Of a DNA stretch of 64,000 nt, positions 12,570 through 25,842 are shown one piece after another. The translations under genes were made by a program, and so were the position numbers. The DNA is from Eledone cirrhosa (taxonomy: Eukaryota), in NCBI GenBank assembly GCA_964016885.1, contig OZ024741.1, forward strand, positions 226,424,001-226,488,000, in the 5' to 3' direction. Every line of letters starts with the position of its first letter. Positions within the stretch are counted from its first letter, which is position 1. The notes under the pieces were generated by a model, which searched no databases, was not told where the DNA came from, and was given only the letters and a program-made list of their open reading frames with translations.

Positions 12570-12962
12570 GACATCCTCAGGGAAGTGACGTAATGCAGAC
12601 AGCCAGACATACAGACATATATTATAAGGGCGCGTCATGGACGCAGAGGGAATTGTGGGAAGTGACGTAATGCAGACAGCCAGATATACAGACAGATATT
12701 ATAAGGGCGCGACGTTATATGTATGTATCTATCTAAAAAGAGAAAGACTAAGAATCATAGAGAGAGATCGCTAAATCGCCTAATGCGGTCCCTAGGACAT
12801 TGAAAATTTGAAATTGTCTTTGCTCAGAACACTCAATAGGACCATAAGTATTACATGTGTAAAGTTTGAAAACAGTCGGTTGGGTGGTTCTCGAGTTTCA
12901 GGGATTCAAACTCACAGACACACACACACACAGACAGACATCTTCAGATATATATATATAGA
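11922..12962 (-). mobile_element. Non-autonomous Helitron with internal tandem subrepeats
   Basis: On the minus strand it starts A|TC(TA)n and ends with the GC-rich hairpin CCCGTGCAACGCCGGG followed by CTAG|T. Insertion in an AT dinucleotide with no TSD; (TG)n near the 5' end. Confidence 0.8.
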
Positions 12963-12989
<27 letters not shown>

Positions 12990-12993
<4 letters not shown>

Positions 12994-13205
12994 GCACGTG
13001 GTTTTTGAGGTTAGGTAGTTCGGTCAACGCTCTTAAGATCATACGTTCGATTCCCGGCAGAACATTGTCTTCTCGAGCAAGACAGTATATTTCACGTTGC
13101 TGCTGTCCACACAGCTGCTAAAAATGCGTTGTAGCTGTAATTCAAAGAAATAGTCAAGCTGATTATCCCTGAGAACTACGTTTAGGGTACACGTGTCTGC
13201 GAAAT
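12990..13205 (+). mobile_element. Diverged tRNA-derived SINE (family B head, different 3' part)
   Basis: GCACGTGG..GTTCGATTCCCGG..GAGCAAGACAGTATATTTCACGTTGCT, shared with the 17138 family. Confidence 0.55.
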
Positions 13206-13899
13206 TTTTAGTATATATTCTATATATATAATCCTTATCGAGCCCACATCACCCATAGACATAACACGCATTCACTTCTTTTCAACCACACACACACACA
13301 CACACACACACGCATATCTCCACATACACCCACAGTTCACCCCCACATCGCCTCTCGATTTGACCCCCTCCCCTCAACACATATACTCCAACACCCATAC
13401 AGGGACTATACACGCACGGACATATACTCCACCCCAACACATACACTCGCCTCCTTCCATACTCTCATACTTACATACACACACACTCACATCTACACAT
13501 ACACATACATCTTACCTTCCGCCATCCCCGCCCGGACTCTGATTTTCTTGATTCCCCCCACCCTTTCTCTAACCCTCTCACTCTCCCCCACTCCTATACA
13601 CACTACCATACCCTTGCCATCCCGGACCTATACACCCCTCCGACCCCCTTCATTTTCACTTTTTTTTAATTCTGTATATATTTTCATTTTTCCCTTCTAT
13701 TCGTTTCTTGTTAACTTCCCCCCTCACAACCCCCCTTACTCCCTCTCAGAATTCCTCTCAAGTTTCCGAAGTTCCGAAAGTCCGAAACGTCGAAACCTCC
13801 TCCACCCCCACCAAACGTGAATCGTAAAACATACTCCAAATGAATAAATATACAAAAACATAAATGCATGAATGATTTACGGTACATTATAACTGTTAA

Positions 13900-16800
13900 G
13901 CGTATAAGCCATATATTTAAAAAATATACAAGAATCCCAGTCAAAATGTAAATATATCTTAACAATCAAAAGATATGCACATTCCTCAAGAGATCATGTT
14001 AACAAATAATATGTTTATATACCTAAACAGGACCCTTTAATCTAACATTAATCATATCATAAAAGAATAAAAAATAAATATTATTAAAGTTTTATAATCT
14101 GTAATAACGTTTTAGGTACACAGTTGATAAGAGACGTCAAAAATTAGAACCTGTTTATTTAGTGTTTTTTTTTCCTAACTTTTTGCGAGGCTTGGAATGT
14201 AGACAAAGCTTTATGAAGGCAGTTTGAGAATAATTCATTTTTTTTGTTAATTAAATTTTCATAATTAGTAATTAGTAAAAGGATCTCCATGGTACAGAGG
14301 TTGCAGTTAGGTGATATTGAAGAATTCAAATAAATTCTACTATTACACAACTTCGCCCAAGAAATCGCGTATTTTAAGTTTTTGTCTTTTAATGACCATA
14401 TAAGTTGGGATAAAGAAGTCGAAGATTTCCTATTAGGATTAGAAAAAGAGCATTTGTGATTCGCAAATCTTGATTTAAATGTCGAAGAAGTTGCACCTAT
14501 ATAGCTGTATGTGATGTTATTTGATTTTACGGTGCATTTATATACCAGATTGCTATCCAGACAGATATTTTGCAGAGAGCAATCTGGTCTATTTCTACAA
14601 TTACATTTCGATTTATTGTTATTACTATAAATTGTACTATTTACATTAACATTATTAGTACTCCGAAATGTTCTATTGATTGTGATGTTATTGTTATTTC
14701 TAGTATTAATATTGCTAGTGTTATATTCATTATCGTTAAATGTATGTTGATTTAGAATTCTACTATTTATTTTAGCGATGTTCTGGGCCATATTCATTGT
14801 TGTAGAATAAGAAAGCTTAATTGTGTGTCTGTTAAATATGGAACGGTATTTATGTTGAATGGGGAAGGATTTATCTAAAGCTTTAAAGAATAGATTTGCG
14901 ACAGAAGCCGGGGGGGGGGGGGGGCATATAACTGATTTAGTTCTGATTTTTTTTCCCGATTTATTCACGGTAGTGGTGTTTGAATTAACATTTTTAGAAT
15001 CTCGTTTATACATGTTAATCTTATTAGGATTATAATTCAAATTATTATCCATATATTCTATATTATTTTTTATAACCTGCCTTTCGTAGCGCGTCATTAT
15101 AATATCCTGCTTTTTCATCAAATATGGATTTATTAGCGGACATTCTAGTTATGCGTTTCTGTACACTATTGACTATTGAGTTTTTCCCAGATGTAGCGTG
15201 ATTAGAGTAATAGCTAACGTAGTGTAAGTTTTCATCGGGCTTATGGAAAGGGTAATAAAAACCTGAGTTCAAGGAAATTAACTATTTTGTTACCTCTTTC
15301 AACTTCTAATTTAAGGTCGTAATTTTTAAAGAATTCAATTATAGTTTTCTTAACCCTATTTAGTTCTGTATTATTGTGTTTAACAACCGTAAATAAAATA
15401 TCGTCCCTATATAAACCACCGGTAATCTCCGGTAGCTTTCTATTTACCATATTTAAGATGAAAATCACCAGAAAATCCGTGACCTGCGCTAAATTTTCTA
15501 AATTATATAACGATTATTATTTTATTTTATTTTATTAAATTTGGGTTACCTTCGGGTCAATGAAATCCTTAGGCTTTCTCTTTCTCATCTTTGCGGACAC
15601 ATTATACTACTATATAAATTTATTAAAAAATTTAAGATCGCAGACAATTCACTTTTTTACTTTGAATCAGATTCTTATCCGTATGATTCACGAAGTTTGA
15701 CTTGTATATTTATAGTATATATGTTGTGTTACATGACCTTATTATAATAATTGATCTAAAACCTTAATTTTTAACAATATTATCAGTAACTTATTTATTG
15801 TATTATATTATGTTATATATAACTGATAGGTATCATCTTAATCTTTAGACAATATAATCTTTGTTTATATTTAGACAAATGCATATATCTAATTTAATAA
15901 TAAACCTTTTAAAGTTTAATTATAAGGCCTTTTGATGCTTTAAGGCATTTTAATTGTTAATCTTGATTTTTAAAATTATAACTGTAATTATTTTATAAAT
16001 TATATAATGCGAATTATCTTCAATATAATATAAATAATTAAATATATTATAATTAAATTAATCCTTCGTGAGGATGAAAATAGCATGTCTTCTTTCTCAT
16101 GTTTTCAAATAGTTTAAATATGAATTCATAAAATATGATTTTATAAATTAAATATGATAGTATACTTTAATATTAATACAGATATTTATAAACTTTTATA
16201 GCCTGAAATATTATACACTTTGATTAATTCATTACTCTGAACTAACTTAAATGATTTGAAAGTTAACGGTCAACCGGATACGTTTGGATAGTATATATAA
16301 CTAATTAACTAAGGAAATTAACCTTTATTAATTACGCCCAGTTATATTTAGGATTTAGATTGATGAATATTTCTAGATAATTCAATAATTCAAAGATTAG
16401 AGTTTACTCTATCGCATAGCTATGCCCAAATGTATAATTATGTATAGATATATATAATTCATGCCTCCCTATAATATAATTATAATTATTCCTCTTTGTC
16501 TCTCTTTCCTTGATCAATTCTGTTTTGCTCTCTATATCTCTACTAACTATATTATCCCCTCATCTCTTTTCTCTCTGTCTTTCTTTTTTTCTTTCCTCTT
16601 TCTTCAATAATTTAAATTATTTGAATCTCTAACAGTTATGTAAATTGCTGTTATGTATTTTTAAGCTTTCTCACACGCACCCTCTGTATTATATGTAAGT
16701 TTTTTCATGTCTCAATCTTAAGGTATATAAATATTGAGTTTGGTCATATCTTACACACTACCATGACTGGATCTTAACCATCTACTATGTCAGGGTATAT

Positions 16801-16915
16801 CATGCATCATCTTATTTTATCTGATGAGGACGTAATGTTGAAGTTAGCTCAGTACCTCTGAAATATGTATAATAAAATATACTTGATCACAAGAAGTTCT
16901 ATTTTTGTTAATATT
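13900..16915 (-). mobile_element. Decayed Penelope-like element A (YRDD RT plus C-terminal GIY-YIG) with an inverted pLTR segment
   Basis: Frameshifted minus-strand ORFs 15468-14159 contain GGLYRDD, YYPFHKP..YV...SNH, CNCR..C, VYKC..YIG (GIY-YIG) and CNLC..E..CLH. The plus-strand AT-rich segment up to 16915 ends in a hammerhead-bearing pLTR. Left boundary approximate. Confidence 0.85.
16813..16879 (+). ncRNA. Type I hammerhead ribozyme motif (PLE pLTR)
   Basis: TATTTTAT-CTGATGA-[GG..CT, imperfect stem II]-GAAA-T-ATGT-ATA-ATAAAATA: 8-bp stem I, AUA triplet. Confidence 0.7.
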
Positions 16916-16985
16916 TTGAATTAATATATATATATGTGTGTGTGTGTGTGTATGTATGTGTGTATGTATGTGTGTATGTGTGTGT

Positions 16986-17360
<375 letters not shown>

Positions 17361-17384
17361 AGAAATCTTTCGTATCATTGAAAT

Positions 17385-19860
17385 TGTCTTTGCTTCTTGC
17401 ATTTAATTATTCCACGACTCTCTACCACTTATTCTCTACTACAATCTCCTTACACCACCTTCTTCTTCTCACCCGGCTATTTTTCACTCCCACCCTAGTA
17501 CTTTCAATATGCCCAATCTCAAATATTTTCTCCCCTGCTCCATTCTACTCTCAAACGCTTCCTCCAACCTCTCCCCTATATGTATCCACTCCTCCCTGCA
17601 TCTCTCCAACCTCATCTTCACCAAAACACGATACAACAGTCACATCACATTTTTAAGTCGCTGTCTCCACCACCACCTCATTCCCCGCGGTTTCCGCCTC
17701 AAGTTTCACCCCACCTCTTACTCTGCTCCCCCCACTGAGCCCATCCTTACCCGCTCCTCTCGCCAGCTCATGCGGGCGATCATTCGATCAACTCTCGCCC
17801 AAATCCGTTCTCTCAACCGAGATCTCCCCAAGGCCTACCTGCATCTCTCCTCCACTTGCCACCCTTTCCTCGCCCAATTCCTTATCCAATTCATCCTTTA
17901 CCTCAATCGCCTCCTTTTCAATTTCCTTACTTCCGTAAAAAACCATAAACTCGACTCTCTCCGCTCCCCGCCTGCCGTCACCTCTCATACTCATATCACC
18001 TCCAGCCCTAACCTCTCTATCCCGTCACCTACCACCCCTTTCCTCTCCCCATCACTGAATCTGCACACGCTTTGCCCAACCACCTTGATCCCCTCCGCTT
18101 CCGCCTCTTTCACTCCCTCACGTCCCTGCACCGTAGTCACCATACCCCAGGACCTACCACTCTCCGAAGCTGAGCGCCCCCTCCTCGCCCGTGGTTTGCG
18201 TTTTATACCAACCACATCTACCTGCGACGAGTTCCGCACACGTGCCGAGATTGAAGGGATCTTCCGTTGATTAAAGCTGAAAGCTTTTATTCACGACACG
18301 CCATCATCAACACAGACGGATGACTGCACTCGTCTCAGTCGCCGGCAATCACATTGGACGCCGAGCTCTGGCCAGTTCAGCACTCTCGACTCCTTTGTCG
18401 ATACTTGCCGGCGTACTGTGAATCGGTTCAGTTTCCACCAGCATTCTCGTCGCTCTAACATCACACAGACTGAACTCTCCGCTCTTCGCAACCTTCAGCG
18501 TCGCGATGATAATGTCATCAAACCCGCTGACAAAGATGGCGCTGTGGTGGTTTGGAGCGCTGACCTCTATAGGGCTGAGGCTCTCCGCCAGCTTCACAAT
18601 ACACTTTTTTACCACCCTTTATCCTCCGATCCCACTCCTGGCTACTAACAACTCGTGTCCTCCACCAACCACGAGCTCATCTCCTCCTCTTTCTCCCCCC
18701 CCCCCCCACACACATCCACTAACCTTATTGTAAGCATCCCTCGCATACCCACCATCTACTTCCTCCCCAAAATTCACAAACAAAATAATCCCGGCCGTCC
18801 TATCGTTTCTACGTGCAACTGCCCCAACCGAGATAATTTCTGAATATTTTGACACCATTCTTGCCCCGTTGGTCGGCAATCTCCCCTCCCACATCCACGA
18901 TACAAATCATGCCCTTAGACTCTTCAACTCTTTCTCCTTCCCCCCTGGTTCCTCCCGCCTTCTCTTTACCCTGGATATCACTCCTCTCTATACCACCATC
19001 CCTCATGATGACGGCCGCCACACTCTCCAATATTTTTTAGATTTACGCCCTACCCCTTACCCCAGCACTACCACTCTTCTCCGTCTGGCTGAGCTTGTTC
19101 TCACCCTTAATGGATTTTCTTTTTCGGACGAATTTTATCAGCAGATCTCTGGGTAGCGATGGGAACCAGAATGGTTCCAAACTATGCCAACTTGTTTGTT
19201 GGCTACGTCGAAGCCCAGATATTCTCCCAGTACGGTGGACCTACTCCTGAGCTATACGGTCATTATATCGACGACTGTATCGGCGCCACCTCTCTATCAC
19301 GAGTACAGCTCGACTGTTTTCTTTCTTTTGTCCAATCTTTCCAATCTGCTCTCAATTTCACCGCCCCCGTCTCCGATTCTTCTGTCGCTTTTCTAGATAT
19401 CTTTCTATCTATTAATCACTCTCATCACACCCTCTCTACTTCCATCTTCATTAAACCAACAGACTCCCAATCTTACCTCGACTTCACCTCCTCACACACA
19501 CACACATGCTTAGGCACGTACACAAGTATAGCTCATTTTACAAAACGTTTTTTTTTTTCCATTTCACGTAGACGCGCTCCATCATCCACTTTTCTAAAAA
19601 AATATCATACACAAAACGCCAGCACCAACAGTTTTGCAAGAGATGTCAACATGAATGGACCTGTTATTTTTACCTAAAGACAATTTTCCCAATTCCAACC
19701 CGGCCGTCCCCTCAATCTATCTCATTTCTCATTCTTTCTTCTGATGAAGGACTAGCGTCCGAAACGTTAAGACCCTCTTCCTGCGATATCAAGCGTTAAC
19801 CTAATATATCCCTTCCATATACTGTACCGATTGCGTTGTTATTTCTATTTATCTTTTACA
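17385..19860 (+). mobile_element. Decayed Penelope-like element (Neptune-like, YIDD RT) with internal deletion
   Basis: Broken ORF with LIPRGFRL, LLARGLRFIPT, IKPADK(D)GAVVVW, IYFLPKIHK..PGRPIVS, LYTTIPH, MGTRM.PNYANLF, YIDD and KPTDSQSYL. The deletion begins at ~19497. The 3' region carries a hammerhead. Confidence 0.9.
19737..19772 (+). ncRNA. Minimal type I hammerhead ribozyme
   Basis: TCTT-CTGATGA-A-GGAC(TAGC)GTCC-GAAAC-GTT-AAGA: perfect core, stems I and II, loopless palindromic stem III (AACGTT), GUU triplet. Confidence 0.85.
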
Positions 19861-19939
19861 TACATATTTATATATATATATATATATATTTATTATTATT
19901 ACTATATATATATATATATATAGTAATAATAATAAATTT

Positions 19940-22233
19940 GAAGATTAAAATCCAAAGAGGGCTCGATAAGGATAAATATATATCAAATATATAAGAACCG
20001 TAGAGCAAATATTTATTAAAATAACAGATTAAAGTTTAAGCAAAGAATCGCTGCTTTCACCCTTAACGGGATCTTCTGAAACTAACAAAGTAAATCTGTG
20101 AACGCAGAAGTGAATATTTCAAAAAACGTTGCAACCGGAGGAAGACAGCAAGACGATACTTTGGTTCGTGGAAACGTTCCCTGGCAAAGAACGGGAAAAA
20201 AACGAATATAATACGTCATTATTTGGAGCGGTGAAAAACAATTACACCCAAAGAAGAAGTCGTAGACTAATATTCTATTAGGTGGTTCATAGAGACGTTC
20301 TCTGGCATTGAACGGAAAAAACGAAGAAAATACGTCATATGTGGAGCGTGGAGAACAATTTCACGAAACCGAATGATTCTCGGCTTCAGAGTTAAGAATA
20401 AAGTAAATAAAATACAGAGGTAATTGAAATTAAATAAATACATACACGCACCCATATACATACATACACAAGTATACGCGAAAACATTCGCCATAGGTAT
20501 ACAAATACACGCACATATAAATATGTGTGTGCGTGTATACTAATAATTAAATAAATGTATATAAATAAATACGTATATAACAAGCACACACACATACCTA
20601 CATGTAAATACACATATGTTCGGAGACGTACGTCAACCAAAACACGAAGTAAACATATACACACACCCTACATCCGTACGAACCCGCATACTCACACAGA
20701 CGCAAAACTCACGTATAACCAAAAACATATGTACCAGAATATATAAAATATACGCCATAACATATACAATCAAGTATACGTACGAGAAAGTATACGTACC
20801 TTCACAAAACATACAGGTAATATATACTTACCTATACAAATAAGTAATGGTATAAACATAACATATACTTAGCTACCATATCAAGACGTAAAATATCCGC
20901 GTATAGATCGTATTATCCGTTAGTGTTTAATGTGGGGCTGTAATACAGGAAAGTTTTGTGCAATTTATGTTTACAAGCCGAAATTGCGACAGATTTTTTG
21001 TTTAAGATGTGTCTGTGGCGTAGAGTATTTCCAGGGCCTCGGCGGCGCAGAGGTCACATGGTCTTTTATTTCCGTTACACGATCTAGCCCTAGCTAGGAT
21101 CTCCCAGTGTAACTTATATTGGGTGTGGTTGTCTTTTAGATTCCAGATATAAGCTGAAAGTGACGTCATATTCCTTCTTAGAGGGTAACGAAAAGAATGA
21201 GTATGCATGCAAAGACGCTGCTTGAATCTATTGGCGGTTAACCCTGTGTAGGCCCCACGGGGCGTGGGTGTTTCAACCTTACATTTGTAGACAATGTTAC
21301 TAGAAAGGCATTTCCCGGATAGGGGGCAGTCAACCCGATTCCTACAATTACAGTTAGTACTAACTACAGAGTTGGACGTGTTCCTACGGTTAGGTAGTTT
21401 AGCTAAATTTGAAGCTGTGATGTTATGTGCAAGGTTAGGAGTCCTAGAGTAAAAAATTTTAATAGTATTTCTATTAAAAATTTTACTATATTTATGTGTA
21501 GGGGGAAAATGCTTCGTAATAAGGGAGAGAAAAATCTTAGCTAATGGTGTGGCCACCTCCATATTATATGGTAGGTTATGCCATATAATGCGTCGGGATC
21601 TATTTCTTCTAGATCTATTCTCGTACTCTGTATATGCTAAGTTATCGACAAATCCACTCCGAACAAGAGCTTCATTGTAATATGTGGAATGATCGTTGAA
21701 AATATGCTCGTTAGATGCGAAAGCCTCAAAGAAACGTTTCTTACCAAGTTCTTGGTTATGCTGGCAGGATGGTTAGAATGCTTACTTATGTAATTAAGCG
21801 TATCATTCGGCTTTCTATACGGGTAATACAAGCCATTCGATAAATTGAGGGTAACGTCGAGATAATTAACGACCGAGAGGTTGGCCTCAACCTGTATAGA
21901 GAGGTTGAAGCCTTTAAAGAAGGCTGTGAGTTATTTTCTGAACCTGTCGCAAGCACGTGGGCCGCACTTAGTCATGGTCAAAAGATCATCATCACGGTAC
22001 AAACCACCGCCCACGTTAGGGAATTCGTGCTTGATAGAGAAAAGAAGGAAAAGGTAACTTCCGCAGAATCGCTGGAGCACATACTCACGTTGAATTGGGT
22101 ACTATTAGATTTTTTAATCCAAATAGAGTCGTCGAAATTAATCACCGACTTACAGATTGACTTTGTTAGTTTCAGAAGATCCCGTTAAGGGTGAAAGCAG
22201 CGATTCTTTTCTTAAACTGTAATTTGTTATTTT

Positions 22234-22240
<7 letters not shown>
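19940..22240 (-). mobile_element. Decayed Penelope-like element B with a short inverted terminal duplication
   Basis: Minus strand: GGGLYRDDDLL, YYPYRKPNDTLNYISKHSNHP, CNCRNRVDCPL..VYKC..YTG, CDLC. Segment ~20012-20100 is repeated inverted at ~22152-22237. Confidence 0.85.
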
Positions 22241-22274
<34 letters not shown>

Positions 22275-22280
<6 letters not shown>

Positions 22281-22903
22281 AAAGTTCTATTTAAATTGTT
22301 GGGATACAACAAGCAAATATTATTATTAATATATTGATCTCAATTTTTAAACTAAATATATAATCATAATTAAACAATGTGTAATTTCTCATATTATATA
22401 TCTATATTCCATTCATTCACGAATATTAATATTTCTAATTTTATTTATTCATTTCATCTCAATTGTTAAATCAACTTAATATAACATAACTTAAGGTTTT
22501 CGTTCTCTCCCCCTCTCTCTATCTCTGCATATCTCTCTCTTGAGTTCTTTCTCTGTCTGATGTTTTGATATCTCCCCGTTATTTTTCCTCTGTTCTCTTT
22601 TCTTTTTGCTTTCTTCTTTTTCTTTATCTATCTTTCCCTTTCTTTTCTCCACGTTTCTCTCTCTCTCTCTCCGTCTTTTTACTTACTCTTAACACTATGA
22701 CTTACTAAAGTAAACAAACCACTATCCGGATGGCCTCCAAATGCAACGGTCACCTTTTTGAAAGGGTACGTCAATATCTATTTGTAAAACTGTTATATAT
22801 TGTATTTTGTCTGTTGAAGGCATACCATGATTTAATTTGGTATCCTTGAAATATATATAATGAAATAAATATGGTTTTATAAATATAGTTTCCATTTATT
22901 AAT

Positions 22904-22908
<5 letters not shown>
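22275..22908 (+). mobile_element. Solo PLE pLTR related to element C, with a hammerhead at 22803-22867 (A6>U core mutation)
   Basis: The end GAAATATATATAAT.AAATAAATATGGTTTTATAAATATAGTTTCCATTTATTAATAT matches 38780-38838 and the reverse complement of 35185-35241. Core CTGTTGA; stem II AGG.ATACCA/TGGTAT.CCT. Flanked by (TA)n. Confidence 0.75.
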
Positions 22909-22994
<86 letters not shown>

Positions 22995-22999
<5 letters not shown>

Positions 23000-23205
23000 G
23001 AAAGTGAGGTTTTTTTTACAAAATGAAAAATAACCGAGGTGTCCTACACGAGTGAAAGTATAAAGAAAATAAGATGAAATCGAAAATGCAACTGCAGTCT
23101 TATTTTTAAAAAACTATATATATTTATTTGGTTCCTTTACCGGTTTCGCAGTTCTTCTGCTTTTCAAAACGAGTTGAGATGGAGGGTCTGTGGTTTTTCT
23201 CATTT
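22995..23205 (-). mobile_element. ~200-bp repeat family U carrying a U3:A8 hammerhead-like motif (23134-23171)
   Basis: Homologous to 32130-32357 and 51415-51700. Minus strand reads TT-TTGAAAA-GCAG(AAGAA)CTGC-GAAA-CCGG-TA-AAG. Confidence 0.7.
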
Positions 23206-23273
23206 ATATATATATATTTCGTTTCTGAATTTGTTTAGCAGGATTCTTTATCTGAAAACGTGTGTTGAAACCG

Positions 23274-24258
23274 ATATTGTTATACTTTGGGAGGGTCATG
23301 TTGCCAATAAGAAACACCCGCGCCAGTTGCTTTCACTTCAATTTATTATAATAAATTTATAAATTTAGGAATTTATAAATTTCCGGTTGGTTGGTTGGTT
23401 CCACAACCAGATGGCTGTTTATATATTGTCAAAGTTCTTTCGTCACACATTCTGTGACCTCTTCAGTGACTGGGGATTCTTTTCTTGGTTTTTTGTGCCT
23501 CTCCTTTGTTCTGTCCTACGCCATCTTGTTTTTGTGTGTGCGTTGTGTGCTTAGTTTGCGCATGTGTTACATCCGGGTGTCTGTGTGTTTTTATATTCGT
23601 TTATTTATTTGTTTATTTACATGCTACTGATTGGTTGTTTGTTCTATGTGCGTGTGTGTTTTCATTTTGTCCTTAATTGTAAGTTGTGATGTTGCTGTTA
23701 CACTCATGTTTTCTATTTAATTATGGTTGTAATTCATTTATGTTTATTGCCTCTGTGATTTGTTTAAACATTGCGACGCAATGTTTAGGCAAATCACAGA
23801 GGTAATAAACATAAATGAATTACAACTATAATTAAATAGAAAACATGAGTGGAACAGCAACATCACAACTTACAATTAAGGACAAAATGAAAACACACAC
23901 GCACATAGAACAAACAGCCAACCAGTAGCATGTAAATAAACAAATAAATAAACGAATATAAAAACACACAGACACCCGGATGTAACACATGCGCAAACTA
24001 AGCACACAACGTACACACAAAAACAAGATGGCGTAGGACAGAACAAAGGAGAGCCACAAAAAACAAAGAAAAGAATCCCCAGTCACTGAAGAGGTCACTG
24101 AATGTGTGACGAAAGAACTTTGACAATATACAAACAACCATCTGGTTGTGGAACCAACCAACCGGAAATTTATAAATTCCTAAATTTATTATAATAAATT
24201 GAAGTGAAAGCAACTGGTACGTGTGTTTCTTATTGGCAACATGACTCTCCCAAAGTAT

Positions 24259-24266
<8 letters not shown>
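23274..24266. repeat. ~1-kb palindrome (arms ~500 bp, 1-nt spacer)
   Basis: 23274-23775 is the reverse complement of 23777-24266 with scattered mismatches; centre AAACATTGCG-A-CGCAATGTTT. Confidence 0.95.
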
Positions 24267-24350
<84 letters not shown>

Positions 24351-24365
24351 CATATATATAATATA

Positions 24366-24548
24366 AGATCAAAAGATGGTTAAAAGAGTTCCAAGTATTT
24401 TATTATGCGCATTTCAAAAACAAATATCATCATGGGATGATATCTGCGTTTTCATCAGATAAAATAGGGATACATGATATGAAGCTTAAAAAACACTTGT
24501 GAATAGTGAGGTTTTAAATCAACATATCTTTTAACCATCTTTTGATCT
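24366..24548 (-). mobile_element. 183-bp mini-element with 22-bp terminal inverted repeats and an internal hammerhead (24396-24466)
   Basis: IR AGATCAAAAGATGGTTAAAAGA / TCTTTTAACCATCTTTTGATCT. Minus strand TATTTTAT-CTGATGA-AAACGCAG ATATCATC(CCAT)GATGATAT TTGTTTTT-GAAA-T-GCGC-ATA-ATAAAATA. Confidence 0.8.
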
Positions 24549-24637
24549 CATATTATTTATACTCCAGTCCTACAAACTGTACAGTGCTCCTTATCCGATA
24601 TTTGCATTTCTTTATTGTGCTACAATAAAACTCACCT

Positions 24638-24757
<120 letters not shown>

Positions 24758-24841
24758 TAAGTGGTAACCTCGTCCCATGGACTGAGTACTCTACCACTAC
24801 GGATATTACCTTCCAGTGATCTACCTCTCTCTATATATATA

Positions 24842-25573
24842 TCTATATATATAAAAGCGAGGATGTGTGTGTGTGATTGTGGACAACTTTGGACACCTGA
24901 GGCTTTTACAATTCCCAACCGAATTTGACCAAATTTTCTGTGCACGTTGCATCTGTCGCTAAGATGCTCACATCACAACAATTTTTCAAATCGACCCTCG
25001 TTGAGCAATAAAAATTCGATAGCAAAATTATTTTTTCTAAAGTGCATGATGTAAGGGAGATAACAATGAAGACAATATCCTTGCAAATTAAAAGTTGCAA
25101 TTACTTTTACATTTTTCGAGCTTTTTTTACTAAATGTGAGGCAGGCATTGTCTATGCCGTCGAAGTAATACAAGAAGATTATTTTTTCTAAAATGTATGT
25201 TATAAGGGAGAAATCAATCTAAAAACAAATCTTATGGGACTTTCCATTCAAGGCGTTGGGACCTACAACTTTTACAATTTTAAAGTAATTTCGTCCTCAG
25301 TTGAGGCAGGCATTATCTATGCTTCCAGGATATTGTGAATTTATAAAAAAAACTATTATTACAATGAAGAAATCAGTTAAAACAAAATTTTCCTTCATTA
25401 TCAGCATAGTTTTATGTGTACAAAGATTGCGCTAAATATTCGTTTGCATTAATTATTGAAGACTCCTGCTTTTTTTGACAGGTTGGGGACAAAAGAATGT
25501 TCTTCTTTTACTTCTTAGCTGTATATTCTTACCATAATTTCAAACCACGGGCAACGCCGGGTAAATCTACTAG
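24842..25573 (+). mobile_element. Non-autonomous Helitron
   Basis: A|TC(TA)n start, (TG)n near the 5' end, 3' hairpin CACGGGCAACGCCGGG, then CTAG|T. Confidence 0.8.
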
Positions 25574-25842
25574 TATATATGTATACTTTAATTTTGACAA
25601 CAAGAAAGAAAAAATCCCGGGGAGATGAGTGGAGCGTGGAAAAGTCCTGTGAATTAATGTCTTCCCTTTCGGAAACACACATGCGTACACCCATGTATAC
25701 ACACAAGCAAAGAAGTCTGCCGAGTCGTAAGTCGCTACTCATTCGTCCATAAACTCTTTTATTGCGACATTTTCAATGATTTTCCTTAAATTTTGAGAAT
25801 AAAAGATAAATTTGGAAGAATTTCGTAACAAACTTCTTCATT

